Positions 1-10,254 are shown, counted from the stretch's first letter. The stretch is 64,000 nt of DNA from Oscillospiraceae bacterium (GCA_015063685.1 SVTR01000014.1:2717-66716), one strand, 5' to 3'. Notes: generated by a model not told the origin, from the sequence alone. Numbers and translations are program-made.

Positions 1-1213
1 CAATGCTTTCCTCAAGGTCAGCCTGCGTTGCCGCCTTTCGACCGTTTCTGACCGCGCGAAGAGCCGCTTCATTGACGATATTGGCAAGCTCAGCACCCGA
101 TGCACCCGAAGCCATACGGGCGATCTGCGTGTAGTCCACATTAGGCTCGACTTTGATCTTCTTTACGTGAACCTTGAGGATCTCCTCACGCCCCTTGAGG
201 TCGGGAAGCTCTACGGGAACACGTCTGTCAAAACGTCCGGGACGAGTCAGCGCGGGATCAAGTGTTTCGGGACGGTTGGTAGCCGCAAGAATGACAACTC
301 CTGAGTTGCCCTCAAAGCCATCCATCTCTGTAAGAAGCTGATTGAGCGTTTGCTCACGCTCGTCGTGACCGCCCATCCCACCGTTGCTACGCTTGCCGCC
401 GATGGCGTCGATCTCATCAATAAACACGATGCAAGGCGCTTTTTCCTTTGCCTGCTTGAACAGGTCTCTTACCTTGGACGCGCCCATGCCGACGAACATT
501 TCCACGAACTCTGAGCCCGACATTGAGAAGAACGGAACACCCGCCTCGCCTGCGACTGCCTTGGCAAGCATGGTCTTACCCGTACCGGGAGGGCCTACAA
601 GAAGAAGACCCTTGGGCATTTTTGCACCAATTTCTTCGTATTTCTTTGGATTATGGAGATAGTCCACAATTTCGGCAAGATTCTCCTTGGCTTCGTCCTC
701 ACCCGCAACATCGGCAAATTTAATACCATCGGAGGAATGAACGTAGACCTTGGCATTGCTCTTGCCCATATTGAACATCATGGAATTCTGACCGCCCATT
801 TTCTTCATCATATGTTTAGAAATCAGTTGACCGATGATTATAAACATCGCAATGGGAAGAATCCAATTGAAAATGATCTGTGAGAAGATACCGGGTTGCT
901 CAATGATCTCACCCTTAAACTGTGCCCCGGCTTGATGCAGACGTTCGGTAAGTCCCGGATCGTTGACAATACCTGTTTTATAAACTTGTTTTTGCGCTTT
1001 GTCGGTAAACATGATATAATTTTCAGTTTCTACGATCTGAACCAAGCCAATATCGCCTTGACTAGTCATCGTCATAAACGTACCGTAATCGGTTTCTTTG
1101 ACTTGGGCGTTCATGATCATCGGCATAATGACCATATTCAGCACGAGAAGCACGGCGAGGGCTACGAGATAGAAATTTCGCAGCATTCTTTTCGGTTTGT
1201 TTACTTCTTTCAC
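1..1213 (-). CDS. ftsH: ATP-dependent zinc metalloprotease FtsH (N-terminal ~400 aa; 3' end runs off the window)
   Basis: Reverse-strand translation gives two TM segments, Walker A GPPGTGKT, Walker [10 protein letters not shown] and the [27 protein letters not shown] lies 9 nt upstream of GTG at 1213; an alternative ATG is at 1186. Confidence 0.9.
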   Translation of the reverse strand, partial: MKEVNKPKRMLRNFYLVALAVLLVLNMVIMPMIMNAQVKETDYGTFMTMTSQGDIGLVQIVETENYIMFTDKAQKQVYKTGIVNDPGLTERLHQAGAQFKGEIIEQPGIFSQIIFNWILPIAMFIIIGQLISKHMMKKMGGQNSMMFNMGKSNAKVYVHSSDGIKFADVAGEDEAKENLAEIVDYLHNPKKYEEIGAKMPKGLLLVGPPGTGKTMLAKAVAGEAGVPFFSMSGSEFVEMFVGMGASKVRDLFKQAKEKAPCIVFIDEIDAIGGKRSNGGMGGHDEREQTLNQLLTEMDGFEGNSGVVILAATNRPETLDPALTRPGRFDRRVPVELPDLKGREEILKVHVKKIKVEPNVDYTQIARMASGASGAELANIVNEAALRAVRNGRKAATQADLEESI

Positions 1214-1311
1214 TTTTCAAATCTCCTTTAATACGAAAGAAAATTATTCATTTTACGACATCATTTTACGGTCGGTTTCTAAACTGAATCGAAACTTACA
1301 ATGATTTTTTC

Positions 1312-1352
1312 AAAATAAAAAACGAGCAGCTCCGCTTTGGTACTGCTCGCTC
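1312..1352 (-). terminator. Intrinsic terminator after plsY
   Basis: Minus-strand hairpin CGAGCAG (1349..1343) / CUGCUCG (1329..1323) followed by U6 (1322..1317). Confidence 0.7.
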
Positions 1353-1363
1353 TTGTCAATGAT

Positions 1364-1996
1364 TTATTCTTTTGTAATATTTGTTTTTTCAAGTGCTTTT
1401 TCTTTCTTCCAAAGGAAACTGAACGGCATCTCTGTTTTTTGCTTGATCCGCTTCAAATTCTCTTTATGCTTGTATATCATAAGCGGAAGGATAACAGCAA
1501 TGATCAATGTTCCCCACGCATCTTGGCGCATAATGCCGTACACGATCGGAAAGACCGCCGATGCAGTCAGAGGAACAAAGCAAATGTAATCGGTTACGAT
1601 CGCTACTATGATCTCCGCGGCAAGCATAATGAGGAACACTCGCCAGTCAAACGCAAGGATCATACCGCCAAGGCAGGCAAGCCCTTTACCGCCCTTGAAA
1701 TTCATATAGAACGGAAAGACGTGTCCGAGGATACAAGCCACACCGGTAACCGCAAACGAATATGTAAGCTCGGGAAATAGCTTTCCGCAAAGCCATATGG
1801 CAAAGGTTGCCTTTGCTATATCAAACAACGCACATCCTATACCGAGTACCTTTCCAAACAGAATCAACGCATTGGATGCTCCCGCATTCTTTGAACCCTT
1901 TTGACGAATATCAACCCCACGGATCTTACCAATTATGTAAGACGGATTGATCGCGCCTATTAAATATCCGATTAAAATGCAAAGTATGTATTTCAT
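1364..1996 (-). CDS. plsY: Glycerol-3-phosphate acyltransferase PlsY
   Basis: 210-aa polytopic membrane protein with PlsY-type motifs (GSKNAGASN, HVFPFYMNFKGGKG). ATG is preceded by a G-rich SD. Confidence 0.85.
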   Translation of the reverse strand: MKYILCILIGYLIGAINPSYIIGKIRGVDIRQKGSKNAGASNALILFGKVLGIGCALFDIAKATFAIWLCGKLFPELTYSFAVTGVACILGHVFPFYMNFKGGKGLACLGGMILAFDWRVFLIMLAAEIIVAIVTDYICFVPLTASAVFPIVYGIMRQDAWGTLIIAVILPLMIYKHKENLKRIKQKTEMPFSFLWKKEKALEKTNITKE

Positions 1997-2009
1997 TCAT
2001 ACCCCCATA

Positions 2010-3098
2010 TCATTGCTTTTTCGGTAGCATAACCGCAAAGGTGGTGATACCATTTCCGCTATTTACGCTTATTTCTCCGTTATGAAGCTCCACAATCTTT
2101 TTCACAATGGCAAGCCCAATTCCGTTTCCTTGCGTTGCATGAGATTCGTCGGCTTGGTAGAATTTCGCAAAAATCTTTTCTTGCTTTTCGGAGGGAATTT
2201 CGCTACCCGTATTGCTGACCTTCACGCAAAGATTTTCACCCGCATCGAGCACCTCAAGCTCAACGGTTCCGCAGCGAGGAACAAATTTCACGGCATTGTC
2301 AATCAGGTTGATCCATACCTGCTTGAGCATTTCCTCATTTGCTTCGATCATATATTCGTCAAAGTCAAGCTGAAGATCTATATTTTTGCTTGACCATTTT
2401 TCTTCAAGCAGAAGAACGGCGGATCGTACCTGCTCGGAAAGATTGAAGTGAGATACGTCGGTAAGTATCGTTTGATTTTCCACCTTGGTCAGATTCAATA
2501 CGTTGCTTGCCATAGAGGAAAGGCGCATGGACTCCTCGCGAATGGCTCGGGCATACTGAACACGTTGTTCTTCTGTAAGATTCCCTGATTCAAGCAAATT
2601 GGCAAGCCCTGTGATCGAAACGATGGGCGTTTTGAATTCGTGAGAAAAGTTATTGATAAAGTCGTTTCGCAGAAGCTCTGTATTTTCAAGCTCCTCTGCC
2701 ATGGTATTAAAGCTTGTCGTAAGCTCTTTTACCGCGGGATGCGCCGACATCGTATCGCCAAATTTCAGACGGGTTTTGAAGTCTCCTGCTGCAAGACGGT
2801 TCATCTTATTGATGATCTCATTCACGGGCTTCAGCGGCAGGCGGCTGCTGAAAAAGACGCTTACGCCACCGATAATCAGGCTAATCAATGACATAAACAA
2901 AATGACCTGCCCCAGTTGAAGCTCGCCATTGATATCGACGATCACCCCCGCCTTTGTTAAAAGCCACAGTCCGAGAGCCGTCAACCCGATCGCCGCGAGA
3001 AGAATGATAAATACAAAAATGGATAAAGCGATCGTCAAGGACATTCTGGACGTTTTTTCCTTGATTTTCTTTATATTGAGCTGCGGTGTCTTTTTCAT
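2010..3098 (-). CDS. Sensor histidine kinase (TM-HAMP-HisKA-HATPase)
   Basis: Two N-terminal TM helices, H-box FSHEFKTPI, N-box IDNAVKF and G-box GNGIGLAIVKKIV. Overlaps the upstream response regulator stop by 4 nt. Confidence 0.9.
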   Translation of the reverse strand: MKKTPQLNIKKIKEKTSRMSLTIALSIFVFIILLAAIGLTALGLWLLTKAGVIVDINGELQLGQVILFMSLISLIIGGVSVFFSSRLPLKPVNEIINKMNRLAAGDFKTRLKFGDTMSAHPAVKELTTSFNTMAEELENTELLRNDFINNFSHEFKTPIVSITGLANLLESGNLTEEQRVQYARAIREESMRLSSMASNVLNLTKVENQTILTDVSHFNLSEQVRSAVLLLEEKWSSKNIDLQLDFDEYMIEANEEMLKQVWINLIDNAVKFVPRCGTVELEVLDAGENLCVKVSNTGSEIPSEKQEKIFAKFYQADESHATQGNGIGLAIVKKIVELHNGEISVNSGNGITTFAVMLPKKQ

Positions 3099-3769
3099 AC
3101 CTTTTTAACCGCCTTATATCCGAGTCCGCGAACCGACTCTATTTCAAATTCACTCCACCCCTCGAACCGCTTGCGGAGTCTGCCAACGTGTACGGTAACC
3201 GTCTCCCATCCCGTCTCACTCTCAGCCCCCCATATCTCATCCATCAGCTGAATACGGGTAAAGATCTTTCCGGGATATGAAAGGAGCTTATAGAGAAGCA
3301 TAAATTCTTTCTGCGGAAGCTCCTGTACCTCGTTACCTTTTGTCACGGTCAAGGAATCATAATCAAGGATAACGTCACCGACAACGATCTTACGCTCGTT
3401 TGCGATCTTCGCGCGGCGCAGGAGTGCCTTGATGCGATACAGAAACTCGTCCTGATTGACGGGCTTTGTCATATAGTCATCCGTACCGAGCGCAAATCCC
3501 TTGTTTTTATCCGCGGGAAGCTGCTTGGCGGAAACCATCAGAATGGGGAGATTGTTATCGCACTCACGCAGAGTCCTCGTAAACTCATATCCGTCCATCT
3601 TCGGCATCATAATATCAAGCACCACAAGATCGATATGCTCTTTGTCCATCGCATCAAGCGCATCCTCGCCGTTTTTGGCAACGGTTACAGTATAGTTATT
3701 GCTTTTGAGCACCGCCTCAAAATACATCCTCGTATTTTTATCATCGTCTACCACAAGAATATGGAACAT
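3095..3769 (-). CDS. OmpR-family response regulator
   Basis: Receiver domain (VVDDD..., DLVVLDIMMPKMDG) plus a winged-helix trans_reg_C domain (RVGRLRKRF, VRGLGYK). Confidence 0.9.
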   Translation of the reverse strand: MFHILVVDDDKNTRMYFEAVLKSNNYTVTVAKNGEDALDAMDKEHIDLVVLDIMMPKMDGYEFTRTLRECDNNLPILMVSAKQLPADKNKGFALGTDDYMTKPVNQDEFLYRIKALLRRAKIANERKIVVGDVILDYDSLTVTKGNEVQELPQKEFMLLYKLLSYPGKIFTRIQLMDEIWGAESETGWETVTVHVGRLRKRFEGWSEFEIESVRGLGYKAVKKV

Positions 3770-3844
3770 TTTTTCACCGCTTTCTTAAAAGTTATCAATA
3801 TCAAAGACTCTATATCTTCACAAATCACAGCTTTTGTCACTTTG

Positions 3845-4582
3845 TTATCTTCTATTGTCTCTACGTCCAAACATTGTTAGAACGCGGACGAGAAAACGCA
3901 GGAAATAAACGAGAGAGGTCATAAGCGATGCAAGGTAGGTCAATGCCGCAGCCGAAAGGACTTCTTTTGCAGCGGGGATCTCATCCTGTGTGAGAATGCC
4001 CTCCGCAAGCAACATTTTTTGCGCTCTGTGACTTGCATTCAACTCTACGGGAAGTGTCACAAGGGCGAACAAAAGTGATCCGCCATAAAGGATTACGCCT
4101 ACCATAGCAATATAAAAGCCTGTATTAGCATCCGCTGTTGCAGAAAACCAATCAAGTAAAAGACCTACAAGCACAAGGGGCATCGAAAGACGTGTTCCAA
4201 AGTTCACAACAGGAACGAGTGCAGTACGGATTTTGTAAAGCCCATATCCGTCCTTTTTCTGCATTACGTGTCCCATTTCATGTGCGGCAACTGCAACGGC
4301 TGCGACCGAATTGTTAGCATAGGTGCTCTCGGACAAATTGACAATTGCTTTCGTTGGATGATAATGGTCTGTCAAAAAACCTCTGACAGATCCAATCGCA
4401 ATATCGTGAACGTCGTTCGCCCGCATAAGTCGGTTTACGGTATCGTATCCTGTAAGTCCTGATCGGCATCTTGTCGAATTATGCTTGTTAAACGTTGTTT
4501 TCACTTTTCCGCTTGCAATTCCCGAAAAGATCATGCAGGCGAGGATCGCAAGCATAAACCAAAAATAATCTTGTAAATACAT
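3845..4582 (-). CDS. Membrane zinc metallopeptidase (Zn_peptidase_2 / YpfJ-like family)
   Basis: HEMGH zinc motif, an N-terminal TM helix and C-terminal TM helices. Confidence 0.75.
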   Translation of the reverse strand: MYLQDYFWFMLAILACMIFSGIASGKVKTTFNKHNSTRCRSGLTGYDTVNRLMRANDVHDIAIGSVRGFLTDHYHPTKAIVNLSESTYANNSVAAVAVAAHEMGHVMQKKDGYGLYKIRTALVPVVNFGTRLSMPLVLVGLLLDWFSATADANTGFYIAMVGVILYGGSLLFALVTLPVELNASHRAQKMLLAEGILTQDEIPAAKEVLSAAALTYLASLMTSLVYFLRFLVRVLTMFGRRDNRR

Positions 4583-4663
4583 TTTTTGCTCCTTATATCT
4601 ATCTTACAGCAAAAATTTTACTTAGGTATTCTAAACCGAAAATAAACTAACCAATAATATTTC

Positions 4664-4695
4664 AAAAAGGCTCACAGACAGATTGTTTGTGAGCC
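4664..4695 (-). terminator. Intrinsic terminator after the SAS gene
   Basis: Minus-strand hairpin GGCUCACA...UGUGAGCC (4695..4669) followed by U5 (4668..4664). Confidence 0.75.
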
Positions 4696-4704
4696 AAATA
4701 TATT

Positions 4705-5502
4705 TTACTCGATAGGCGTATCGAGCTTTCTGATCCGTTCAAACAAGATCTCATCCTCGCTTGGAATGTCAACAAGGGTTTCCATTTTCGAGCGTATCTT
4801 CATCATATCATTGTCGGTTTGGCTGATCGTTTCGGCGCACCTGCGAAGCTCATCCACAAGCTCGTCCTTGCCGTCAAAATCGGTTTTGTAATGCAACTGA
4901 TGCTCCAGACTTGCCCAAAAATCCATGGCGATGGTTCGAAGCTGAACCTCTACCTCCATCTCCAAACGGCGTTCCGATAGGAACACGGGGACCTTAACGA
5001 TCAGATGTAAGCTCCTATACCCGTTTTCCTTGGGGTTGGCAATATAATCCTTTCGTGTAACGAGCGTAATATCGTCCTGCTTCAAAAGTGCTTCAGCAAC
5101 CAAATAGACGTCGTCAATATAAGAGCAGATCACCCTGACACCGGCAATATCATGAATATGCTCGTCGATGCTTTCGATATCAACGGGCATATTCAGCTTT
5201 GCAAGTTTCTCAATGATACTCGCCGTGCTTTTGAGACGGGTTTGGATCGAGTTGATCGGGTTTCGATGGTATTGAAGACTGAACTCTGTGTTTAATATGT
5301 CAAATTTTGTTTTGATCTCCTTCATCGCGCAGGCGTAGATCATTCTGAGCTCCTTGTAATTTACGATCCTGCCCATCATTTTCTTTGTCTGATGATAGAG
5401 CACGTTCATCGCGGCATTTGACATGGTTGCAAGCGCAGTCGGAAGCGCCGCCTCGTCCAGATCATCAAACAGTGTATCCTTATCTTGATATTGATTTTTC
5501 AA
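4705..5502 (-). CDS. Small alarmone synthetase (RelQ/RelP-type GTP pyrophosphokinase)
   Basis: RelA_SpoT synthetase motifs (HDIAGVRVICSY, ENGYRSLHLIV, EVQLRTIAMDFWASLEH). The best start is TTG at 5502, 6 nt after AAGGAG. The longer track ORF (to 5541) has no SD and would overlap the upstream gene. Confidence 0.85.
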   Translation of the reverse strand: MKNQYQDKDTLFDDLDEAALPTALATMSNAAMNVLYHQTKKMMGRIVNYKELRMIYACAMKEIKTKFDILNTEFSLQYHRNPINSIQTRLKSTASIIEKLAKLNMPVDIESIDEHIHDIAGVRVICSYIDDVYLVAEALLKQDDITLVTRKDYIANPKENGYRSLHLIVKVPVFLSERRLEMEVEVQLRTIAMDFWASLEHQLHYKTDFDGKDELVDELRRCAETISQTDNDMMKIRSKMETLVDIPSEDEILFERIRKLDTPIE

Positions 5503-5513
5503 CGTGTTCTCCT

Positions 5514-5933
5514 TTAATTGCCACATCCGTGATTGCCGCAATTATGCGATCCGCAGCCGTGACTACCGCAGGTGTGTCCTTCTTCGCCGTGCTCGTGATC
5601 GTGATGATCGCATCTGACCTCGGGGTTGAAGTTCAGTTTATTTGCAAGCAAAGCATTTACCGCCTCGTCGCAAGAGCCGCTGACACCGCCGTAGAGCTGA
5701 ATACCCGCGTTGGCAAGTGCCATTTGCGCACCGCCGCCAATACCGCCGCAGATCAGTACCGCGACGTTTTGTGCCGAGAGAAATCCCGCAAGCGCGCCGT
5801 GACCGCTTCCGTTCGTGTCCGCGACCTCGGAAGAAACGATCTTACCGTCCTCTACTGTGTAGATCTTGAACTGCTCGGTGTGTCCGAAGTGCTGAAAGAT
5901 CTGTCCGTTTTCATAAGTTACTGCAATTTTCAT
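5514..5933 (-). CDS. NifB/NifX-domain (dinitrogenase Fe-Mo cofactor family) protein with a Cys/His-rich tail
   Basis: The N-terminal ~100 aa match the NifX/NifB fold pattern (MKIAVT..., GHFGHT, LICGGIGGGA). The C-terminal tail is HHDHEHGEEGHTCGSHGCGSHNCGNHGCGN. Confidence 0.7.
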   Translation of the reverse strand: MKIAVTYENGQIFQHFGHTEQFKIYTVEDGKIVSSEVADTNGSGHGALAGFLSAQNVAVLICGGIGGGAQMALANAGIQLYGGVSGSCDEAVNALLANKLNFNPEVRCDHHDHEHGEEGHTCGSHGCGSHNCGNHGCGN

Positions 5934-5965
5934 TAGCTTATCTCCATTTCTTTGTTTATTGTAAT

Positions 5966-7720
5966 TTATACGTCCTGTTCCTCTACGTCAAACTGGCTCT
6001 GATAAAGCTGATAGTAGAAGCCACCCTTCTGCATAAGCTCTTCGTGATCTCCGCTTTCGATCACGTCGCCGTCCTTCATGACGAGAATCAAGTCGGCGTT
6101 GCGAATGGTGGAAAGACGGTGCGCGATGACAAAGCTGGTTCTTCCTTTCGTCAGCTCATCCATTGCTCTTTGAATAATGACCTCTGTTCTCGTATCTACT
6201 GATGAAGTCGCTTCGTCAAGGATCAGCATGGGCGCATCCTGAAGCATCGCACGGGCGATGGTAAGAAGCTGCTTTTGTCCTGCCGAGATGGTCGTTCCCT
6301 CGGTCAGTACCGTGTCAAGTCCATGCGGCAAGGAGCGAATAAATTTGTCGATTCCGCAGACCTTGGCAACGCGCATAATGTCCTCGTCGGTGATCTCTGT
6401 CATATTGTAAGCAAGATTTTCGCGAACCGTTCCTTCAAACAGCCAGGTGTCCTGCAATACCATACCGAACATATCGTGAACGTCCTCGCGACGAATGTCG
6501 TGAATGGGCGTGCCGTCAACGGTGATACTGCCGCCGTTGATCTCAAAGAATCGCATCAGAAGGTTGACCATCGTGGTCTTACCTGCGCCCGTGGGGCCGA
6601 CAATGGCAACCTTTTGTCCGGGAGTCACCTTTGCCGAGAAGTCCTTGATAATGACCTTATCGGGATTTTCGGGATAGGCAAAGCGAACGTGATCGAATAC
6701 CACCGCTCCCTTTGTATCCGTGGTTTCGTGCTTGGGCTTACCGCTTTCATCCTCCAGCTCCTCGGCTTCCATAAACTCAAAGATGCGTCCCGCACCTGCG
6801 GTAGCCGTTTGCAGGTTGGTCATTCCCTGCGCGATCTGCGTCAAGGGAGCGGTAAAGAGACGAACGTACAGAATAAAGGAAATAATAACGCCGAATTTGA
6901 TCGTCCCGTTGATGGCAAGCGCCGCGCCGATGACACACACGGCAACGTAGGAAAGATTGCCGATAACGTTCATCAGAGGCTGCATCATACCCGACAAAAA
7001 TTGAGACTTCCAGTTTGCGTCATAAACGTCTTTGTTAAGCTTACCGAATCGGTTCAGCACCTTCTTCTCGGCACGAGAAATGCGAACCACGTCGTGTCCA
7101 GAATACATTTCCTCCACGTACCCGTTCAGCGCACCGAGGCTGACCTGACGCTGCTTGAAGTATTTCTGTGAGCGTCCCATAATGAGCATCAAAAGCACCA
7201 TACCGACCATCGTGATGAGAACGGCGGTCAAGGCAAGATGCCATTCGGTCACGAACATCATAATGAGACATCCGATAAACTGCGTTGCGGCGCTGATCAT
7301 CGTGGGCAGACTGTTGGTCATTCCTTGCTGAAGCACCGATACGTCGTTGGTAATACGGCTGAGAATGTCACCCGTTGAGGTCTCGCCAAATTGCTTTTGC
7401 GGTACTTTATTGATCTTGACCGAAAGGTCGTGGCGCATTCTGCGAGAAGCCTTCAGTGTAACGGTCGCCATAATATAATGCTGAACAAAGTTCGCTAAAG
7501 CGCCGATCAGATAAAATACGATCAGCGTAATACCTACTTTGGCAATAGCCGACATATCGATGCCGCCCACAAGTCCGTCGGAAATGATATTGGTGATCTC
7601 TCCGACCTTGTCGGGCGTGATGATCGTCATGACAGCGGCAAGCGCGGCGAGAAGCAACGCAAAAATAACCAGAGGCGCGTTGCCCATGTATTTGAAAATT
7701 TTAGCAAGTGTTTGTTTCAT
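5966..7720 (-). CDS. ABC exporter, fused permease/ATPase (heterodimer subunit)
   Basis: Six-TM ABC_membrane domain plus NBD with Walker A GPTGAGKTT, signature SAGQKQ and Walker B ILDEATS. Confidence 0.9.
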   Translation of the reverse strand: MKQTLAKIFKYMGNAPLVIFALLLAALAAVMTIITPDKVGEITNIISDGLVGGIDMSAIAKVGITLIVFYLIGALANFVQHYIMATVTLKASRRMRHDLSVKINKVPQKQFGETSTGDILSRITNDVSVLQQGMTNSLPTMISAATQFIGCLIMMFVTEWHLALTAVLITMVGMVLLMLIMGRSQKYFKQRQVSLGALNGYVEEMYSGHDVVRISRAEKKVLNRFGKLNKDVYDANWKSQFLSGMMQPLMNVIGNLSYVAVCVIGAALAINGTIKFGVIISFILYVRLFTAPLTQIAQGMTNLQTATAGAGRIFEFMEAEELEDESGKPKHETTDTKGAVVFDHVRFAYPENPDKVIIKDFSAKVTPGQKVAIVGPTGAGKTTMVNLLMRFFEINGGSITVDGTPIHDIRREDVHDMFGMVLQDTWLFEGTVRENLAYNMTEITDEDIMRVAKVCGIDKFIRSLPHGLDTVLTEGTTISAGQKQLLTIARAMLQDAPMLILDEATSSVDTRTEVIIQRAMDELTKGRTSFVIAHRLSTIRNADLILVMKDGDVIESGDHEELMQKGGFYYQLYQSQFDVEEQDV

Positions 7721-7732
7721 TTCGGCACCTCC

Positions 7733-9490
7733 TTACGCAAGCTCGGCAGCCGTCAGCTGAGACTGCGCGATCTCGCGGTAGACGGGGCAGCTTTCCATCA
7801 GCTCGTCGTGTGTGCCGATACCGACCGCCTCACCGCGCTCAAGCACGATGATCTTATCAGCGTCTCGAATGGTGCTGATACGTTGCGCGACGATGACCTT
7901 GGTGGTATCCGACAGCTCCTTTGCAAGTCCGTGGCGAAGCGTTGCGTCGGTCTTATAGTCAAGTGCCGAGAAGGAATCGTCAAAGATCAGTATTTCGGGC
8001 TTTCTTGCAAGAGCGCGGGCGATGGAAAGCCGTTGCTTCTGTCCTCCCGACACGTTCTTACCAAGCTGTACGATTCGGTGCTCCTTACCACCCTCGGTCT
8101 TATCCACAAATTCCTTTGCCTGAGAGAGCGAGATCGCCATATCCACCGTTTCCTCGTCAAAGCCATCTTGGCTTTCACCAAAGGTAATATTCTCTCGGAT
8201 ACTGCCCGCAAACAAGACCGCCTTTTGGGTGATATATCCGATCTTGTTATATAAGCCGTCAAAGGAATAATCCTTGACGTTCACTCCGTCTACAAGGACT
8301 TCACCCTTAGTAGCATCATAGAAACGCGCGATCAAGGAAATGAGCGTCGTTTTACCGCATCCCGTTGCGCCGATGATGGCAAGCGTCTGCCCCTTTTCAA
8401 TGCGGAAGGAGATATCGGAAATAGCCTCCTCTTGTGCCTCGGGATAAGCAAAGGATACGTTTTTGAACTCTACAGTTCCAACCTCGTCGGCACTGCTATT
8501 TGTACCCTCGGTGACGGTTGCCTGTCTGTCAAGCACCTCGTTGATACGTTCCGCCGAGACCTGCGCGGCGGGAAGCATCATAAACACCATGACCATCATC
8601 ATAAAGGACATGACCACGTAGGTCGCATAGGTGCTGAACACGACAACGTCGCTGAACATCGCAATTCTGCCCGCAACGTCGGTAAGTGCGATTTGATTGA
8701 TGAGAGCCGCGCCGAGCCAATAGATCGCTAAGGACAGACCGTTCATACAGGTTCCCATCACAGGCTGCATCAAGGAGAATAGGCGTTGATTTTTCAACTG
8801 CGTGTTCATCATCTCGGTGTTGGGCACGTCAAACTTTTCGGTCTGATAGCCTTCCGCATTGAAGGCGTGGACCACGTTGATGCCCGTCAGATTCTCTCTT
8901 GCCATACGGTTCTGCGTATCGGTCAGCTTCTGAACCTTACGGAAACGAGGCAAACAAACCGACATAATGGCAAGGACTGTTGTGCATATCACAACTACTG
9001 CGGATGCCGTTACGGCAGACAGCTCCCAGCTCTTGCCGAGGATCTTGATGATCGCCCATACCGCCATGATCGGTGCTTTTACGAGCGATTGCAAGCCCAT
9101 AACGACGATCATCTGCAATTGGGTGATGTCGTTGGTCGTTCTTGTAATCAAGCTCGGAATTGAGAACTTGGACGTTTCGGCTTTTCCAAGCAGCATGACG
9201 TGGGAAAACAGCTTTTCTCTGACGGCATAGCTATATCCTGCGGCAATGCGCGAGGTCAAAAATCCGCAAGCGATCGCAAGTGCCGCACTTGCAAGCGTAC
9301 ATCCGAGCATTTTCGCGCCCACAGTCAGAATATCTGCCATTTCACTTCCGGGGGTATTGATCAAAACCGTCAAATCACTCATAAAGTCTGGCATCGTCAA
9401 ATCAAAATAGATCTGTCCGATGATCAAAGCAATACAACCGAGAACCATCCACCGTTCCCGCTTTTTCATGTATTTCAGCAATTTGAGCAT
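7733..9490 (-). CDS. ABC exporter, fused permease/ATPase (heterodimer subunit)
   Basis: Six TM helices plus NBD with Walker A GATGCGKTT, signature SGGQKQR and Walker B IFDDSFS (degenerate-site type, typical of heterodimeric exporters). Confidence 0.9.
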   Translation of the reverse strand: MLKLLKYMKKRERWMVLGCIALIIGQIYFDLTMPDFMSDLTVLINTPGSEMADILTVGAKMLGCTLASAALAIACGFLTSRIAAGYSYAVREKLFSHVMLLGKAETSKFSIPSLITRTTNDITQLQMIVVMGLQSLVKAPIMAVWAIIKILGKSWELSAVTASAVVVICTTVLAIMSVCLPRFRKVQKLTDTQNRMARENLTGINVVHAFNAEGYQTEKFDVPNTEMMNTQLKNQRLFSLMQPVMGTCMNGLSLAIYWLGAALINQIALTDVAGRIAMFSDVVVFSTYATYVVMSFMMMVMVFMMLPAAQVSAERINEVLDRQATVTEGTNSSADEVGTVEFKNVSFAYPEAQEEAISDISFRIEKGQTLAIIGATGCGKTTLISLIARFYDATKGEVLVDGVNVKDYSFDGLYNKIGYITQKAVLFAGSIRENITFGESQDGFDEETVDMAISLSQAKEFVDKTEGGKEHRIVQLGKNVSGGQKQRLSIARALARKPEILIFDDSFSALDYKTDATLRHGLAKELSDTTKVIVAQRISTIRDADKIIVLERGEAVGIGTHDELMESCPVYREIAQSQLTAAELA

Positions 9491-9497
9491 CTTGAAA

Positions 9498-9938
9498 TTA
9501 TTTCTCCTTTATGATCTTATCAATATTTGCATCCATCAATTTGAAGCAACGCTCCATTACGGCGCGATCCTCCTCGCTGATTCCCTCAAGCACGGCACTC
9601 GCAAACTGAATCTGACGTGCTCTTCCAAGCTCTACGATCTTTGTTGCCTTCTCTGTACATACAAGGGCGTCCTTTCTTCTGTCTCCGGGAACGGCTCGTC
9701 TTTCAATGTATCCCCCCTGCACCAAACTCTCAACGTGAGCGGATACCACGGGGCGCTTCAGTCCTCTCATATCGCAAATATAGCTTGCCGTAGCAAACTC
9801 GGGATTATTGGCAATAAAAAGAAGGATGCTGATCGCAGTATGGGGCATATCGGTTTCTTTAGCCAGTGGCAATAATGCCTTTTCGTATGCCAAGCCTATC
9901 TTTCTTGCGTGTCCATTCATTTCCTGAATCGTTATCAT
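9498..9938 (-). CDS. MarR-family transcriptional regulator
   Basis: 146-aa winged-helix protein (ICDMRGLKRPVVSAHVESLVQGGYIERRAVPGDRR), first gene of the operon with the two ABC genes. Confidence 0.85.
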   Translation of the reverse strand: MITIQEMNGHARKIGLAYEKALLPLAKETDMPHTAISILLFIANNPEFATASYICDMRGLKRPVVSAHVESLVQGGYIERRAVPGDRRKDALVCTEKATKIVELGRARQIQFASAVLEGISEEDRAVMERCFKLMDANIDKIIKEK

Positions 9939-9974
9939 AAAAAACTCCTTTTGTTCGTTTTTGAACTATTCCAT

Positions 9975-10003
9975 ATTATACTATTTGTAAATGTAATTGT
10001 CAA
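9975..10003 (-). promoter_or_regulatory. Consensus sigma-A promoter for marR-ABC, overlapped by an imperfect palindrome
   Basis: Minus strand TTGACA (10003..9998), 17 nt, TATAAT (9980..9975). TTGACAAT-TAC-ATTTACAA forms an imperfect inverted repeat over the -35 and spacer (possible MarR operator). Confidence 0.6.
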
Positions 10004-10054
10004 TGATGAAATTGTGAATTTTTATGAAGGTCAGTTGAAAGTTTTATTGCTAAC

Positions 10055-10093
10055 GCAAAAAGTAAGTGCAGACCGATTATTTCGATCTGCACT
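10055..10093 (-). terminator. Intrinsic terminator-like hairpin in the marR upstream region
   Basis: Minus-strand AGUGCAGA...UCUGCACU (10093..10065) followed by UACUUUUUG. Confidence 0.5.
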
Positions 10094-10177
10094 CGTTGAT
10101 TATAACATTGGTTGAATCACTAAAGATATTATCCTTGATTATCGCTCTCGCCGAGTATTTTAATAATCGACGTGACA

Positions 10178-10220
10178 AATAAAAGAAATAACCGCCTTCT
10201 TGCTGCAACTCGAGGCGGTT
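10178..10220 (-). terminator. Intrinsic terminator of the mini-cistron
   Basis: Minus-strand AACCGCC (10220..10214) / GGCGGUU (10196..10190) followed by AUUUCUUUUAUUU. The 5' arm contains the UAA of the 11-codon ORF. Confidence 0.7.
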
Positions 10221-10254
10221 AATTCTTTAACTTATTCGGGATAGCAACCGTCAT
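10219..10254 (-). CDS. 11-codon mini-ORF (MTVAIPNKLKN); candidate leader peptide or small RNA body
   Basis: GGAGAG SD sits 5 nt before the ATG. It lies between a perfect promoter and a terminator. It is too short to judge coding potential. Confidence 0.35.
   Translation of the reverse strand: MTVAIPNKLKN

Noticed and set aside
4705-5933. toxSAS toxin-antitoxin pair (small alarmone synthetase plus adjacent small protein)
   Set aside because: The synthetase looks like a housekeeping RelQ/RelP type, and the neighbour is a NifX-fold protein located upstream. This does not match the known toxSAS antitoxin architecture. I found no supporting evidence.
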